From Monocercomonoides exilis PA203 (Eukaryota > Protista > Preaxostyla), in contig LSRY02000068.1 of NCBI GenBank assembly GCA_001643675.2, positions 62,001 through 126,000 on the forward strand: a stretch of 64,000 nucleotides of DNA. The letters run 5' to 3'. Under the pieces are notes generated by a model. The model made no database searches and was not told the origin of the DNA. It saw only the letters and a list, made by a program, of their open reading frames with translations. Of this stretch, positions 12,701 to 23,770 are shown one piece after another (within the stretch, counting starts at the first letter, position 1; every line of letters begins with the position of its first letter). The translations under genes were made by a program, and so were the position numbers.

Positions 12701-15700
12701 CCAGACACAAACAAGAAGATCCAGCTGGATTCAGGATATGAGCTTGCTGAAGAGGTTGCCATGGCTGATGCCTTTGAATGGGAGATTTCATGTGCCACAA
12801 AAGGGATGGAAGTTGGGGTGAAAGAGCCAGAGAATTTTGAGTCTTCTTGTCTGATTGAGGTGCAGAGCAAATGTTCAATGAAAAACATCAAGTTCTATAT
12901 TCCAAGTCATCTGTCTGGTGCATCATCGCTGATTTCATCCAATTCCGCTTCTCTCACGCTTACAGACTGCTCAGTTGCGCATTTGTCGGAGAATGCTGTG
13001 AGCGGCTCGATCGGATACTCCTTTGCGAAGGTGGAGAGAGGGAGTCTGAGGTTGGTGCGATTTGAAGTCAAAGAAACATTGCAATTCGGGGAGCACTCGC
13101 TGATCGAGTTTGTCGAAGGTGCGGATGCTGTGTATTTCACTGGGTGCAATGTGAGCAACGTTGAGAAGAGAAATGGAGACGGAGGATGGCTGAGTGGAGT
13201 GGTTGGTGCAGAAAGAGGCGAAGGGTTGAATGGGATTGTTGTGATTGAATCGTGTGTTGCAAAGAGGTGCAGTTGCCTTGGTGGAAGTGGAGGAGGAGGA
13301 GGAGGGAGTGTGTGTGTGAGTGTGAAAGGAGAAGGAAGTGCTGTTGTGAATGGAACGAGTGTGATTGATGGATGTGAGGCAATGAGTTTGGATGGAAGTG
13401 GAGGCAGAGGAGGAGGAATGATGATTGTGATGGGAAGCACGCTCAGCACACTGAAAATTGAATCTGGCGTTCACTTTTCAGTTGATGCTGCAAACAGAGC
13501 AAAATATGGGAAGGATGTGTTCGTTTGTTGCAGCTCTGGGATATTGCTGGAATCAAAGGTGAATGCAAACTCATTCGGGTTTTTTGACTCAGCATCCATT
13601 CCCTCAGATATTCTGAAGTTGTGTGGGAGTGAGAATGGAAAAGAAGAGGAGGTGATTCCGATGTTTGTGTATTTGTGCTCAATTGGCTCAAAGCTGACTG
13701 TCGACGGGAGCGGAGAGAGGGCACTGGATAACAGCCATTGCGGATTCGAGAAGTTTGGGTGTGTGACGATTGACTATTGTGTGAGCAAGAGGGCGAACAA
13801 CACCATTCATGAAATCGAAGTTGTCTCTGAATCATCGATAAAAAATGAAATGAAAGTGGCTTCATTTGATGTGAGTCTTTCTGGGAAAGAAGAAGGGATA
13901 AAGGTGATTGTGAGAGATGAAGGATCAATGAATCAAAACTGGATGATCGAATGCACAAAATCATTTGAGATGGGAAATTTGGCATTTGTGTTGAATGAAG
14001 AGATGAACGGGAAGAGAAGCGCATTTATCCATTCCTCATCAGCAATCATCACAATCACCAGATGTTCAGTCACATTTGCAAATGATGAAATGATTGGATA
14101 CAATGTAATCAGTATTGAGGGAGGAGGGCTGATTGTGAATGGATTTGTGATGGAAGGAGGAGTGAGAATGAATGGGAAGTCACCAATAGTGATCACAAAT
14201 GGAGTGAGATTGGAGATTATGAATAGCCGAATGTGTGGAGTGGAAGCGAAAGGAGGAAGTGGAGGAGGATGTTTGAATGTGGAGATGAAGGAAGGAGGGG
14301 ATGCGAATATTGAAGAATGCAATTTGTCATCAGTGTGTTCAGGTGGAAATGGGATGAAAGGTGGAGGGATGATGATATCTGTGGGGAAGGGAGGGAGTTT
14401 GGAAATGAAAAATGTGAAATATACTGAGTGCAAAGTGCCAACAGAGGATAGAGAGGATGGAGGAAGAGGAATGGGAGGAGGAATGTTTGTGAAGCTACCA
14501 GATGAAATGGAATTATTTGTGTTGGAAGGAATGACATTTGAAGGATGCGATGCCTGGAAAGGGATAAATGTGTTTGTTTCAGGATGGGATTTGAGTGAGA
14601 TTGTGGACAAGGAGCACTTCAAATGGGAGATGAATGATGAGGATTTGGGATCATTGGATGAGCTGTGTGGATGGGAGAGGAAGACAACAGGAGAGGAGGG
14701 ATATGTGATTCCATTGGTTGTGTATTTGTGGAGGAACTGGAGTGGAGATGGGTTTGTTTCAAAGGAGAAAGGAGGAGACTTCAGTGGATGTGGGTATTCA
14801 GAAGCACCGTGTTCATCGATTGACCACCTGATATCACTGAGATATGAACCACTTGAAGAAGGCGAAACACATATTGTCATTGTGGGATCAGGGTTGCTGA
14901 GACGTTCCATTTCATTTTCATTTTTGTCTTTTTCATCATCAATTTTAGAGAAGCCAAAAGTGGTGATTGAAGGGACAAAGAAAGGGACAGGGGTGACGAT
15001 CAATGATGAAGATGAGAATGAATTGGATGATGGTTCAATGATATCCTCGAATGTGAGTCTGTCATTTGTGAATGTGTCATTCACAAAACCCAGCATCACC
15101 ACCCATCATGAAGTATTTATTGAATCCTCAGGAACAAGTTCATTATTGTCGGTTGCTGATTGTTTATTTGGTTCATTGACAGGATTAACAGAGACAGCAG
15201 GATATTGCCTGATGAGAGCGAATGGAGGGAGTGTTGTGATTGAGAGGTGTTCATTGAGTTTGATCTCTGAGTTGAAAGGATTCATCTGTTTCAGCCCAAG
15301 TGCAGCTGATGTAACTGTTCAGAATGTGAATATTTCATTTGCTGGAGTGATTGAAAGAAATCTGATATCGATGATGGAGGAAGAAATCCAGATGAATGAA
15401 AAGGTGAACACTCATTCAAATGCAAATGGCAACAGACCAGTTTTGAGGGTTGTTGGGTGTTCATTTGCCAACATCACAAACGAAGGGATTGGAGCGAGTG
15501 TTATTGATGTGGGATCATATGAGCATGGAGTAGAGTGTTTGATGGATGAGTGCTCAATCACAAACTGCAAGAGCGCTTTGAGCGCAGAAGGTGGAGGAAT
15601 GAGAGTGGTGCTGAAGAGCGAAGAATCAGTTTTGAAAGTGAATGGCAGCTCATTTTCGATGTGCAAATGCTCGACTGGTTCGGGGTGTGGAGGAGGGCTG

Positions 15701-18700
15701 TATATTGATGGATATGATCCAAATGCGAATTATGGTGATGAAACTCAGATTCCGCCTCTGAAATTCAAGATTGTGAACATCCTGTTCGTTATGAATGAGG
15801 CTTTTGTTGGGAAAGATATATTCATCAAATGCTTCTCGATTGCCCAACAGATCAACGAAACGCTGTTTGTGTTGAACTACAACCAGGAGTCACTGAACTC
15901 GAACAACTCTATCTGTGGGAGGGATGTTGAGAGCGAAGGAGATGTTGATCTGATTCCGCTGATCACATACTATTATTCGGCACAGGTGTTTGTGAATGGA
16001 ATGGGAAGCGATGGCAGGCGATGTGGGGCTCAGACCAATCCTTGTTCCAGCATCAACTGTGGAGTTGACCACATTGAGCAAGGCGTGATGAATGCGATTC
16101 TGATTGATGGGGAAGGAGCTGTGACAAATGAATGTGTGATTGGAGATTTGGTTGTGAACTCATTCAAAAAGACACAGGCAATTGTTAGATTAAACTCCAA
16201 GATTGAGAAATCATTTGAGAAGGATTGCATCATGGAGTTTGTGAATGAATGTTTCGTGGAGAGATGCTCTTTCCAGTTTGAAGATGGATTTGAATCAACT
16301 CACAGTTATCTCATCAAAGTGAAGAACGGGTCAATGGAGATCCATAAATGTAAATTCTTCTCCTCTGCAGATGTAGTGAAACTGAACAGTTCAATTGTTA
16401 GTGTGGAAAGTGGAGAGCTGAAGATATCAGAAACATCATTCAGGGATTTATTTTCAAAAACATTTGTGCTTTTATTCAACGAAGAATCGGATGTGACATC
16501 GCTTGAAACAAGAATATGGAATATCGAATGTGAGGGAGATGTTGTGAGTGTTGGAGGGAAAGCGAAAGTGGAGATGAAAGAGATGGGAGTTGAGAATGTG
16601 ACTCTGTTGTCAAATGGGTGTGTAATTGGGATGGATGATGCTGAGCAAGAGGTGAGTGTGTTGAACTGCTCGTTAGAAAAATGTGTGAATTCGGTGGAAA
16701 AGGGAAGAATGATGCAGATAAGAAAGTGCAAAGATGTGAGGATTGAGGCATGTGTGTTTGATGGAGAAAAAGAAGAAGAGATTATTAATGAAGAGGTTAA
16801 AAGAATAAAAGAAGAGGGATTGTGCAAATGGAATGGGTCATTGATTGACATCGAACACAGCAATGTGGAGATGAAAGAAACAACGGTTATGAAGAGCAAG
16901 AATGGAGGGCTGTGGATGAGTGGAGGGAATGTGAAGATTGAAAACAGCAAGTTTGAGAACAACAACCCTGAGATTGAAGGATATTCATCAGCTCGAAGGA
17001 ATACGATTTGTGAAGGGAATGGTGAATTGGATGTTGTGAGTGTGAAAGGAGGTGATGGAATAGAGAAAAATACATCTCTGTGGATATTGGACGAAGGATG
17101 TAACCTGGGGGGAATAGCAGCTGAAAGAGGATCATCATTTTTCGTTCCAGTTCTGGAAGAGGTGAAGAATGGAACTCAGTTGAATGGTGATTTGGAGTTA
17201 ATCGTTCATGGGAAGTTGCTTCTGCCATGCAATTTGTCAGTGAAGATGAGCACGAAAAATGGGGATGAAGAGGAAATAGTGAGAAAGGAAATTGATGGAG
17301 AAGGCTCTGCTTCTGAGAACGAGGTGCATTGCGTTATCTCATCGGAACTGCTGAAAGTGATGGAGAACAAAACAGAAGTTAGAATGTGCCTTCTGTTTGG
17401 AAAAGCCGATTCGCCTTCATCAACAGATTCATTCATTCTGAAGAACAAAAGTGAATCTCAGTCAAGCGGAAATGAAAAATTTGTTGAAGGAGGAAAAGAA
17501 GGAAAATCATCATGGGCTCTTATAATCGCAGTAATATTTGTTGTTTTGTTCTTGATTGTTCTTATTGTTTCTATTATTGTCACCGTTCGATGGAGAAAAC
17601 AAAAAAGACGAACAAAGGAATTGGAGATAATTGTGGAAGATACAGTGAAGAAGGATCCGAAGGCGTTTGAGATGGTGACGATGGAGATGTCACCTGAGGC
17701 GCAGTGGAGGAGGGCTGAGAGGGAGGCTGAGAAGAAGAATGAAGAGAGGATAAAGAAGAGGGTGTATGAGAAAAGCTTGGGACATTCAGAGTCATCAGAG
17801 CATTTGTTGAGTGAGAGTGGATCGACTGAATATATTCTTGGAAGAGATTCAGACAAGATCCCTCAATGGGCATTGGAAAAGGTTGATGAGAAGGAGGTCG
17901 AGGAAGAGACAAGAAAGAGAACACACTCACCTTCCATTTCATCCACTTCAACAACTGATTCAGATTCAACTTTTGTTCGATCGGAGAGTTTGTGCCCTAC
18001 CACTTCATCAATGTCGAATCTGGTGGATGCAATTGCCTGTTCATCAGTGTTTGAAAAGTTAATTGTAGATCTGAGGGATTCGCTGTTCATGCTGCTTCAT
18101 GGAAGGAACGAGAAGAAGGAGATGGAAGTTGGGAGTCTTCAACAAAGGGAGCAGACAGCTGCTCAGATCCTGTTCTGGGTGGCTAATCTCGCACTCCATT
18201 CATTTGATGAAATGGAAATTCCACTTCAATCGCTTTCTAATTTGAGCCCTCACATTGTCCTTTTCTCTGAACACATGGTCATCTGCATTGTGATGCATTC
18301 AGACTTTTCTTCTGATGATTCAGATTCTTCATCCATCTCATCCTCCACCATTATCACTTCCTCATCTGATGATTCAACCATCAATAAGAATGGCAGAGGC
18401 TCACCGCCACCATCTTCAGCATTTGAGGATGATGATGACTTCAAAAAAGAGTGCCTGAGGTGGAAGGCGCCTGAATTACTGATCAACAAGAAGATGATGG
18501 CAACAAAGGAAGCAGTTTCATTTTCGATCGGGATGATGCTGTGGGAGTGCTTGACACTGCAAATTCCATTTGGAGAATACGAAGCGGAAGTTGCCGGACA
18601 GAAAATTATGAATGGAGAGAGGCCAAGAATAGAGATTATTGAGCAGTCTCATTTGAGCTTGGTGGTGAACTCTTGTTGGAGTGACAAAGGATCTGAAAGG

Positions 18701-18877
18701 ATGTCTCTCAATGCTCTGAAAAGGGAGTTCATTCAGTGCTTTCCGCCAGGCGCTGCCATCCTGACAATGACTGATGCAATTGCTCTTGAAGAGTCAGGCG
18801 AAGAGGAAGGCAACGAAAGTGCTGCGAAGAGCGGAGAAGAAGACGAATCGCTTGACTCACAGCAAAGCCGATTATGA
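9704..18877 (+). CDS. 3057-aa single-pass membrane protein: Cys/Gly-rich beta-helix (pectin-lyase/PMP-like) ectodomain, TM helix, degenerate Tyr-kinase-like C-terminal domain
   Basis: Single long ORF with a hydrophobic N-terminus and many GGG[AM]x / FxxC repeats. TM segment WALIIAVIFVVLFLIVLIVSIIVTV is followed by RWRKQKRR (~17512-17610). C-terminal LRWKAPELL, SFSIGMMLWECLTLQIPF and GERP match kinase subdomains VIII-XI, with no HRD or DFG. Confidence 0.85.
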   Translation: MKMLFGRGVFVFGVCLHCMNLAATKEYSTLIGENMKEEKMTEANNNPLQINKNTPNDVLNEFAMDGIEKIDEVKRSETVGRDDQKQKGKNEETENEGEMEKKSNINKESEIECCMKSSNSSIVLKCLLLKEKGAKRMLIAKGGSVVSMRECILFVGQHSQPIELEGSFGSFANISLMPNAEGLSAFPPLFTSKQTENSVSKSSIISLSESHFSSFCLSSAPFLSSPSIPLVSLSHLTFFNISTANDACSSPTIASFQTSCLMSSCSFWSVCDAYDGGIVHSLNNPSTSLAVSNSSFIGCCRTKNVECEGTAEAPLKLGRQSETTNGANSFKWCEWNGSKTTGTNDVWTDGTSNGGAICMFCQSSATVSIKHCTFNCCSARFDGGGVMCVQIKSVEIENNSFNSCSAQANAGGGMCIVSISSCVQVSKSKFENCRVNNGGGGLYLSGFKSLEAGCIGEENNGGENACVFDCSFTSCSVTGSNGGGMLCQSFPVGFKMRSVKFISCTATAYGGGLYFNPNRATTPNETMYCYFLLFHECKCRTESNPYGHDMVYADYNNDFLSSKNPLYDCYTTNKDDKRVCYGYNYVNAGDWTYDQTSKKDWLKDKTIYVSVSGNDLYEPCGANESNPCLTVKKAFDMCEVQISLIITLLEGDHQSETTTVEIGTKKISVIGKGRETCSIRTGALSSSGPLFSVSTGHLGLLHMKVDCYSNANPSPSVVVISDGSGSLSLEDVVITTSETGEYVLSSSVFVVPLSQMRMVDVEIINMNISKSLFSEPNLSSSLLSSSALFLTATASGESMLTNVSVRNVKLTEGDGVVVAKSVKEGETFVVTNITIEDCECKNGSGDGIKVDLLSPSSKFQMETTTTINKCKCSGYGGGMMLYLADGSHDFSIKSVSFSGCSASMGGNYLFVNGSDSANWGITTEKLNVQHDNSKYNEIVGYDRSDTIMGLFPLNVFLDTYSDAVHVEKGKDGLGGYDSWFCGFDYYPCATITHAAQMRYPDTNKKIQLDSGYELAEEVAMADAFEWEISCATKGMEVGVKEPENFESSCLIEVQSKCSMKNIKFYIPSHLSGASSLISSNSASLTLTDCSVAHLSENAVSGSIGYSFAKVERGSLRLVRFEVKETLQFGEHSLIEFVEGADAVYFTGCNVSNVEKRNGDGGWLSGVVGAERGEGLNGIVVIESCVAKRCSCLGGSGGGGGGSVCVSVKGEGSAVVNGTSVIDGCEAMSLDGSGGRGGGMMIVMGSTLSTLKIESGVHFSVDAANRAKYGKDVFVCCSSGILLESKVNANSFGFFDSASIPSDILKLCGSENGKEEEVIPMFVYLCSIGSKLTVDGSGERALDNSHCGFEKFGCVTIDYCVSKRANNTIHEIEVVSESSIKNEMKVASFDVSLSGKEEGIKVIVRDEGSMNQNWMIECTKSFEMGNLAFVLNEEMNGKRSAFIHSSSAIITITRCSVTFANDEMIGYNVISIEGGGLIVNGFVMEGGVRMNGKSPIVITNGVRLEIMNSRMCGVEAKGGSGGGCLNVEMKEGGDANIEECNLSSVCSGGNGMKGGGMMISVGKGGSLEMKNVKYTECKVPTEDREDGGRGMGGGMFVKLPDEMELFVLEGMTFEGCDAWKGINVFVSGWDLSEIVDKEHFKWEMNDEDLGSLDELCGWERKTTGEEGYVIPLVVYLWRNWSGDGFVSKEKGGDFSGCGYSEAPCSSIDHLISLRYEPLEEGETHIVIVGSGLLRRSISFSFLSFSSSILEKPKVVIEGTKKGTGVTINDEDENELDDGSMISSNVSLSFVNVSFTKPSITTHHEVFIESSGTSSLLSVADCLFGSLTGLTETAGYCLMRANGGSVVIERCSLSLISELKGFICFSPSAADVTVQNVNISFAGVIERNLISMMEEEIQMNEKVNTHSNANGNRPVLRVVGCSFANITNEGIGASVIDVGSYEHGVECLMDECSITNCKSALSAEGGGMRVVLKSEESVLKVNGSSFSMCKCSTGSGCGGGLYIDGYDPNANYGDETQIPPLKFKIVNILFVMNEAFVGKDIFIKCFSIAQQINETLFVLNYNQESLNSNNSICGRDVESEGDVDLIPLITYYYSAQVFVNGMGSDGRRCGAQTNPCSSINCGVDHIEQGVMNAILIDGEGAVTNECVIGDLVVNSFKKTQAIVRLNSKIEKSFEKDCIMEFVNECFVERCSFQFEDGFESTHSYLIKVKNGSMEIHKCKFFSSADVVKLNSSIVSVESGELKISETSFRDLFSKTFVLLFNEESDVTSLETRIWNIECEGDVVSVGGKAKVEMKEMGVENVTLLSNGCVIGMDDAEQEVSVLNCSLEKCVNSVEKGRMMQIRKCKDVRIEACVFDGEKEEEIINEEVKRIKEEGLCKWNGSLIDIEHSNVEMKETTVMKSKNGGLWMSGGNVKIENSKFENNNPEIEGYSSARRNTICEGNGELDVVSVKGGDGIEKNTSLWILDEGCNLGGIAAERGSSFFVPVLEEVKNGTQLNGDLELIVHGKLLLPCNLSVKMSTKNGDEEEIVRKEIDGEGSASENEVHCVISSELLKVMENKTEVRMCLLFGKADSPSSTDSFILKNKSESQSSGNEKFVEGGKEGKSSWALIIAVIFVVLFLIVLIVSIIVTVRWRKQKRRTKELEIIVEDTVKKDPKAFEMVTMEMSPEAQWRRAEREAEKKNEERIKKRVYEKSLGHSESSEHLLSESGSTEYILGRDSDKIPQWALEKVDEKEVEEETRKRTHSPSISSTSTTDSDSTFVRSESLCPTTSSMSNLVDAIACSSVFEKLIVDLRDSLFMLLHGRNEKKEMEVGSLQQREQTAAQILFWVANLALHSFDEMEIPLQSLSNLSPHIVLFSEHMVICIVMHSDFSSDDSDSSSISSSTIITSSSDDSTINKNGRGSPPPSSAFEDDDDFKKECLRWKAPELLINKKMMATKEAVSFSIGMMLWECLTLQIPFGEYEAEVAGQKIMNGERPRIEIIEQSHLSLVVNSCWSDKGSERMSLNALKREFIQCFPPGAAILTMTDAIALEESGEEEGNESAAKSGEEDESLDSQQSRL

Positions 18878-19399
18878 TCGTTTGAGGGAAGAAAAATGTG
18901 CGGATGAAGTCATGCTGATATTTTGGTTGAAGCGAAGGAGAATGAGAAGGAAACGGAGAAACAGAATGGTTTGTCAATGCCAATCATTGTGACGATTCTT
19001 GTTGATGGCTGAATTAATGTGGGTTGGGGATGTCGGACTTGTGTTGCAATTGATGATATGTCTGAAATGGTTGTTTCATTTTCAATGTTGGTGTTTTTTG
19101 TTTTGGTTTTGGTTCTTTTTCTTTTTGCAATCGCATCACCCTTTCCATGTTTTTTTTCAAATGTGTATGAAGTTATCAATCAATAACAATTTGTATATTT
19201 ATCGCATCACTCGTTTTCTTCAGAATTGCTCGATGAATTCCCCAATGAAGAATAATTGCCCTCCTCAAACCTCCTGTAATCATTTTGCCAAATGCGATCC
19301 AAACAATAAAAATGTTCATTTCCCCTCATTTCTGCCATTCATCTCTTCCAATGCATCAATTGCAAAAAAAAAAATCCTTTTGAACACTTTCACAGGCAG

Positions 19400-22300
19400 A
19401 CACTGCTTTTCTTCTCTCTTTCTTTGAGCATCGCTTGATCGTCCAATTCCACAAATCCTTCCTCTTTTCCTTCTCCCATCTTTTTGCCAATCTTTCTTGT
19501 TGCCTGTCTTCGCTTTGCTTTGTCCATTTCATCAACAGCCTTTTCTTTCAATTGTCTTCAAACAATCTTCAAAACAGTCAGGCGCTCAGATTCCATTTTG
19601 TCATTCACCTTTGGTCTTTGAATATCCTCAAAAACAACATCCGCTGTTTCGCTATTCAGCAAGTCTTCAAATTTCTCTTCTTCTGTCCTTTGCTGCTCTG
19701 AACACCATTTCATTGCTTTCCAAAAGCAAAACAAATTCTTTGTTCATCGATTGACAGTCGCGAAAATAAAACTCCAAGGATATGAGCCATCTTATTGATG
19801 CAAGCTCTTCTTTCCTTTCTTTGTCTCTTTTCTCGTTTGCTCCACAGATTTTGATTGCTCTTCATATTCTCTTCTTTTCTTTCTGTAAAAATGAAGTCCA
19901 TTCACAATAACTTCTTCCAAGGATATTGAAAGGCAAGTGGAACGAGGTTTCGATGTTTCTGATGATGTTAGACGATTTCTGTCACCACATAAAGATTCAA
20001 CTCCTCCTCAATGCTTCTTCAGCACAGTCAGCTCACTTCATTAAAACTCATCTTTGTCTTCAGTCATTTCGTCGAATTGGGCGCACTTCAAGCACACTGG
20101 TGCTTGTGAGGCATTCTCAAATCACAGAAACATAAATCGTCTCACCTTTCTCAGCAATCTCCAATTTGTTTGCTTCAGTAGTCCGGCTTTTCCCTTCCCA
20201 GAGCAAAACAGGCCAACCAACTGAAAATGATTGAGCTGCGAATTCTGCCTTCTTCGTCTTTGGCTTTTTCCTTCCATCTTCATTTGTTTTTTTTTGAAGG
20301 CACATTTTGCCATCATGGAGCATTCAGTTGTGTTTGTCAGTCCGTGTTATCATCCATCCCAAATCTCTCACAATTCCTTTGAGGAGACTGAAACGTGAAA
20401 TTGTGAGACAATCCAAAAAAAGAATTTGACAGAGGTTATTGCTGGCGATGCGGAAAAGGATTGGATGATTGATGCCAAGGTGGTGGAATGAACAGAAGAG
20501 GGGGTGAGATGACTGTTTGATGGAGAAGCCAGCTGAGAAACTTTATTGTTTTCCTTCTTCAAATTTGAAATGGAAGAAGAAGAAGATGATGATGATGAGC
20601 TCACAAAAAGAGAAGAATCGGTTGGTTTGCTCATTTGACCAAGGTGATTGAAACGATGGGTTTGGTGGGTAAGAAGAACAGTTGATTGCAGGAAGATGTT
20701 CGAGCTCAATGAATGACGAGGACTGTGAAGTGATTCCCTGTGGATGAGTCGAATGAGAAGACGCAAGATGAAGAGGCTGGGACATTCGAGAATTATTTTC
20801 ATCGCTCATATCTCCAGACATTCCTTCTTCAACTTCATCTTCTGCTTTCTTTCTCTCTGCGTGTGTGTCACCTCCACTAGCCATGAAACAGCTCATTCAT
20901 TCTTCCGATATTTGATGTCTGCCATCAATTCTGTCTCGCTTTCTTCATCTTCAAAAATCTCTTCAGCACCTTCAACCTGTATCTCCTCATTTCCTTTCCT
21001 TTTCGCCATTTATTTATTCTGCTTTTTCGTGCTTTCCTGTTCATTGGTTTTGCACTCGCTTGCTTCTCTTCCTCTTTCCTCTCCAATCCAGGCTGCTCCT
21101 TTCTTTTCTTCCACCTTCTTTCTCAGCTCCGCTTGCTTCAACATGACCTCGGCCTCTTTCGTCCCCTCCATGTTTCCTATCCTTCGCTCTGCCTCCAACC
21201 CTCGTGCTCGTCTCACGGTCTCTGCCACTTCCTCCAAAGCAAGCTCTTTAAACTGCTTTTCTGGCTGCCTTGGCAGAATAATCATCCCCATTCTTGTGCT
21301 GCTGTGGAGCAAGCTTATTGTCTCGTCTTCGCTGCTGATCTCATTCTGTCCAATTCGTTCCTCCCATTCCGCTCATCTCTTTCCTTTCCCTCCCCTCTTC
21401 ATCTCCTGCGCTTTTCCCTTTTCCTGTTCCCATTCCTCCACTCTCTCCAGAGCCAACAGCTCCAAAAGCACCCAGCGAGTGGAACTTGTTTCCTTGTGAA
21501 ACCAATCTTCATCCGTCCAAGTCCATGAAGATGGAACGTTGTTCAATTGGTAACAACGTCTTTTGACTTAGCAGCTTCCAGAAACGCATCGTGAATGCTC
21601 TGAACAGAAACACTTTTTTTTGGTATTTCCTCACAACTTCTTTGCAGTGAATCCTGTGTTGTGCAGAAAAGTGTGGGGGAAAAAAAATAAAAAGGGAAAG
21701 AGCGAAGGTCATTCGCGCATTTCTTTCTCCTTCACTTGCTTCCTTTCAAGTTCTTTCTTTGTTCTTTTCATTTCTCCTGATTTCCGTCATTCCTGAAAAT
21801 TCTTCAATGAAAGTCGAGTAAAAAATGGAAACATACTATTTTAACATTGCTGCTGTCTTCCTTTTATAATTTTTTGTTCATTCAGATTCCAGAGTGTTTC
21901 TTCCAGAATGATTTTTTTGTTCATCTTTCTCAACCCTTGTAAATGAATTTTCGCAGAGTTAATCTCAGTGCCGAAATAATCAAACTGCCTTTATTCTGTA
22001 ATTCTTTTGTTTCGCTTTTTGATCACGAAACTGGTGAGAAAAAAGCATTTTTTGAAAAATCATTGAAATCACGAAAAATGCTTATGGTTTCATCGAAATT
22101 AAAAACGGATTTCTTTTTTTGCAAATAAACGAAGTCATGAAGCAATAATGATACATTTTTTCATTTCAAGAAAAAATCAAAATGAAATACAAATCCTCAT
22201 CAACAATCTGAAAAAAAGAAAATATGAATCTCAATTCGTTTTATTGCTCAAATGAAATAAAAATAATAAAAATATCAAAGAGAATTCTTTTGAGGGAAAA

Positions 22301-23250
22301 AAGTGTGATAAAAGCAGCAAAACAAAAAGAAAGATCGCAATTTGCTTTCCCCCTGATTTTCTGATGGAAAAAGTGATATAAATGACTGGAAAAATAATGT
22401 TTTCTTCAATTGCAACATCACCCAATCCTCATTCAATCAACGTGGATCAGCAATCCCATCAAATAGAGAATGGAATGCAGCAATTGGCTTTCAACCATCA
22501 ACCAGGACAAAATCGTTGCAAATGGTGGAAGTGATGCTGATGCCTGTGGGAAGTCTCAACAGACCCCATCTGCCTCCATCGAATATTCCATCAACGGCTT
22601 CGTTTCCCTCCTCAGCTCCACTTTTGCTCCCACCAAGACTCTCACCTTCAGCGCAACTTTCACAAAAACCAACAGAAATGATGTTGTTTTTCTGATTTTT
22701 TAATAACTTCCACAATTATTTCTTCTATTTATATTCGTATATTTTCCATATCATTGTTAAATCCATGTGCTTTCATCCTCTTTTCAACTGGCGTAAATGC
22801 CACAACCTGTATTTCAAGTATCACAGCATTGATTCAAATTAAATGTTTCTTCAAAACTTCGTCATCTTATTCGACTTCTTCATCCAATACAAACTATGCT
22901 CAAGAGAATAAAACATTCATTGCTTTTGTCTCTTCAAAGAGCATTTTCTTCTATCATATCAGCAGATATTCTTCAAAGACATCCATTTCCTCAGCTGTTC
23001 CATTCCAACTCGCCTGTGCCGATAAGTGCTGGAATCTCACACAATTCCCCTTCAAATACGAATTTTCGCTTTTTCGCTTTTCCTTCTCTTTTCCTCCTCT
23101 TTTCATCCTCCACACCCTGTTCAAATTACATAGCATCCCGAAATCTGCCAGTGGTTATTTTGGAATCCATCTATTTCATGAAACAATAGCTTCAACGCTC
23201 TTTCTGTTTGTATCTGCGATTCCATCAACCTCAAAATGAAAAGGGGGAAA
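19400..23250. pseudogene. Mosaic of decayed coding fragments on both strands, at least partly from the beta-helix receptor family
   Basis: Coding-like composition with frequent stops and frameshifts. 22510-22590 (+) encodes KIVANGGSDADACGKSQQTPSASIEY, the family motif VxxxGxDxxxCGxxxxPCxSI. The minus strand at ~20122-20142 reads agacgatttatgtttctgtga, a 20/21 match to 11517-11537 (TIYVSV). Confidence 0.5.
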
Positions 23251-23499
23251 TCAATCTTCTTTTTTGTTGCGCTCAAGCCGATCGGCTTTTCTTCGCTCAA
23301 AATGAAGAATCGCTTCCGTTTTCATTTGATTTCAGCTGATATTCTGTGATTGAATAGACAATCCTTTTGCGCTTCTGAATGGGAGCGAAAGACAAGGTTT
23401 GACGCTGAATTCGAAGGAAGTTGAATGAAATGAAAAAATCAACATTATTTTAGTTGTTCATCAAAGAAGGTGTTGAAGAAGAAAAGAAGAACTAGAAAA

Positions 23500-23770
23500 T
23501 TTAGGAGGAAGAGGAAGAGGAAAAAGAAGAAAAAGAAAGAGAAGAAGAAGATGATGATGATGATGATGATGATGATGGAATAGAAGTAGTAGTAGTAGTT
23601 GTTGTTGTTGTAGTTGTTGTTAATATGATTGTTGGGGTATATCGATCCCTGGAAGAAAAGATTGGAATTTGGAGTAACTTGGTTGGAAAGTTGAGAAGAG
23701 GAAGGTAAAGAAGGCGAAGAAGGCGAAGAAGAAGTGGAAGAAGTAGAAGAAGGGAAGAAATTTGATTTGG
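23500..23770. repeat. Compound trinucleotide low-complexity tract (GAA/GAT/GTA/GTT)
   Basis: Runs of gaagag, gatgat, gtagta and gttgtt are visible directly. Probably a relic of a minus-strand poly-Ser/Thr coding region. Confidence 0.7.

Noticed and set aside
9952-18489. Many antisense ORFs, e.g. 13933-15102 (389 aa) and 55411-56850 (479 aa) elsewhere
   Set aside because: They are shadows of long genes with biased codon usage and show no independent motifs.
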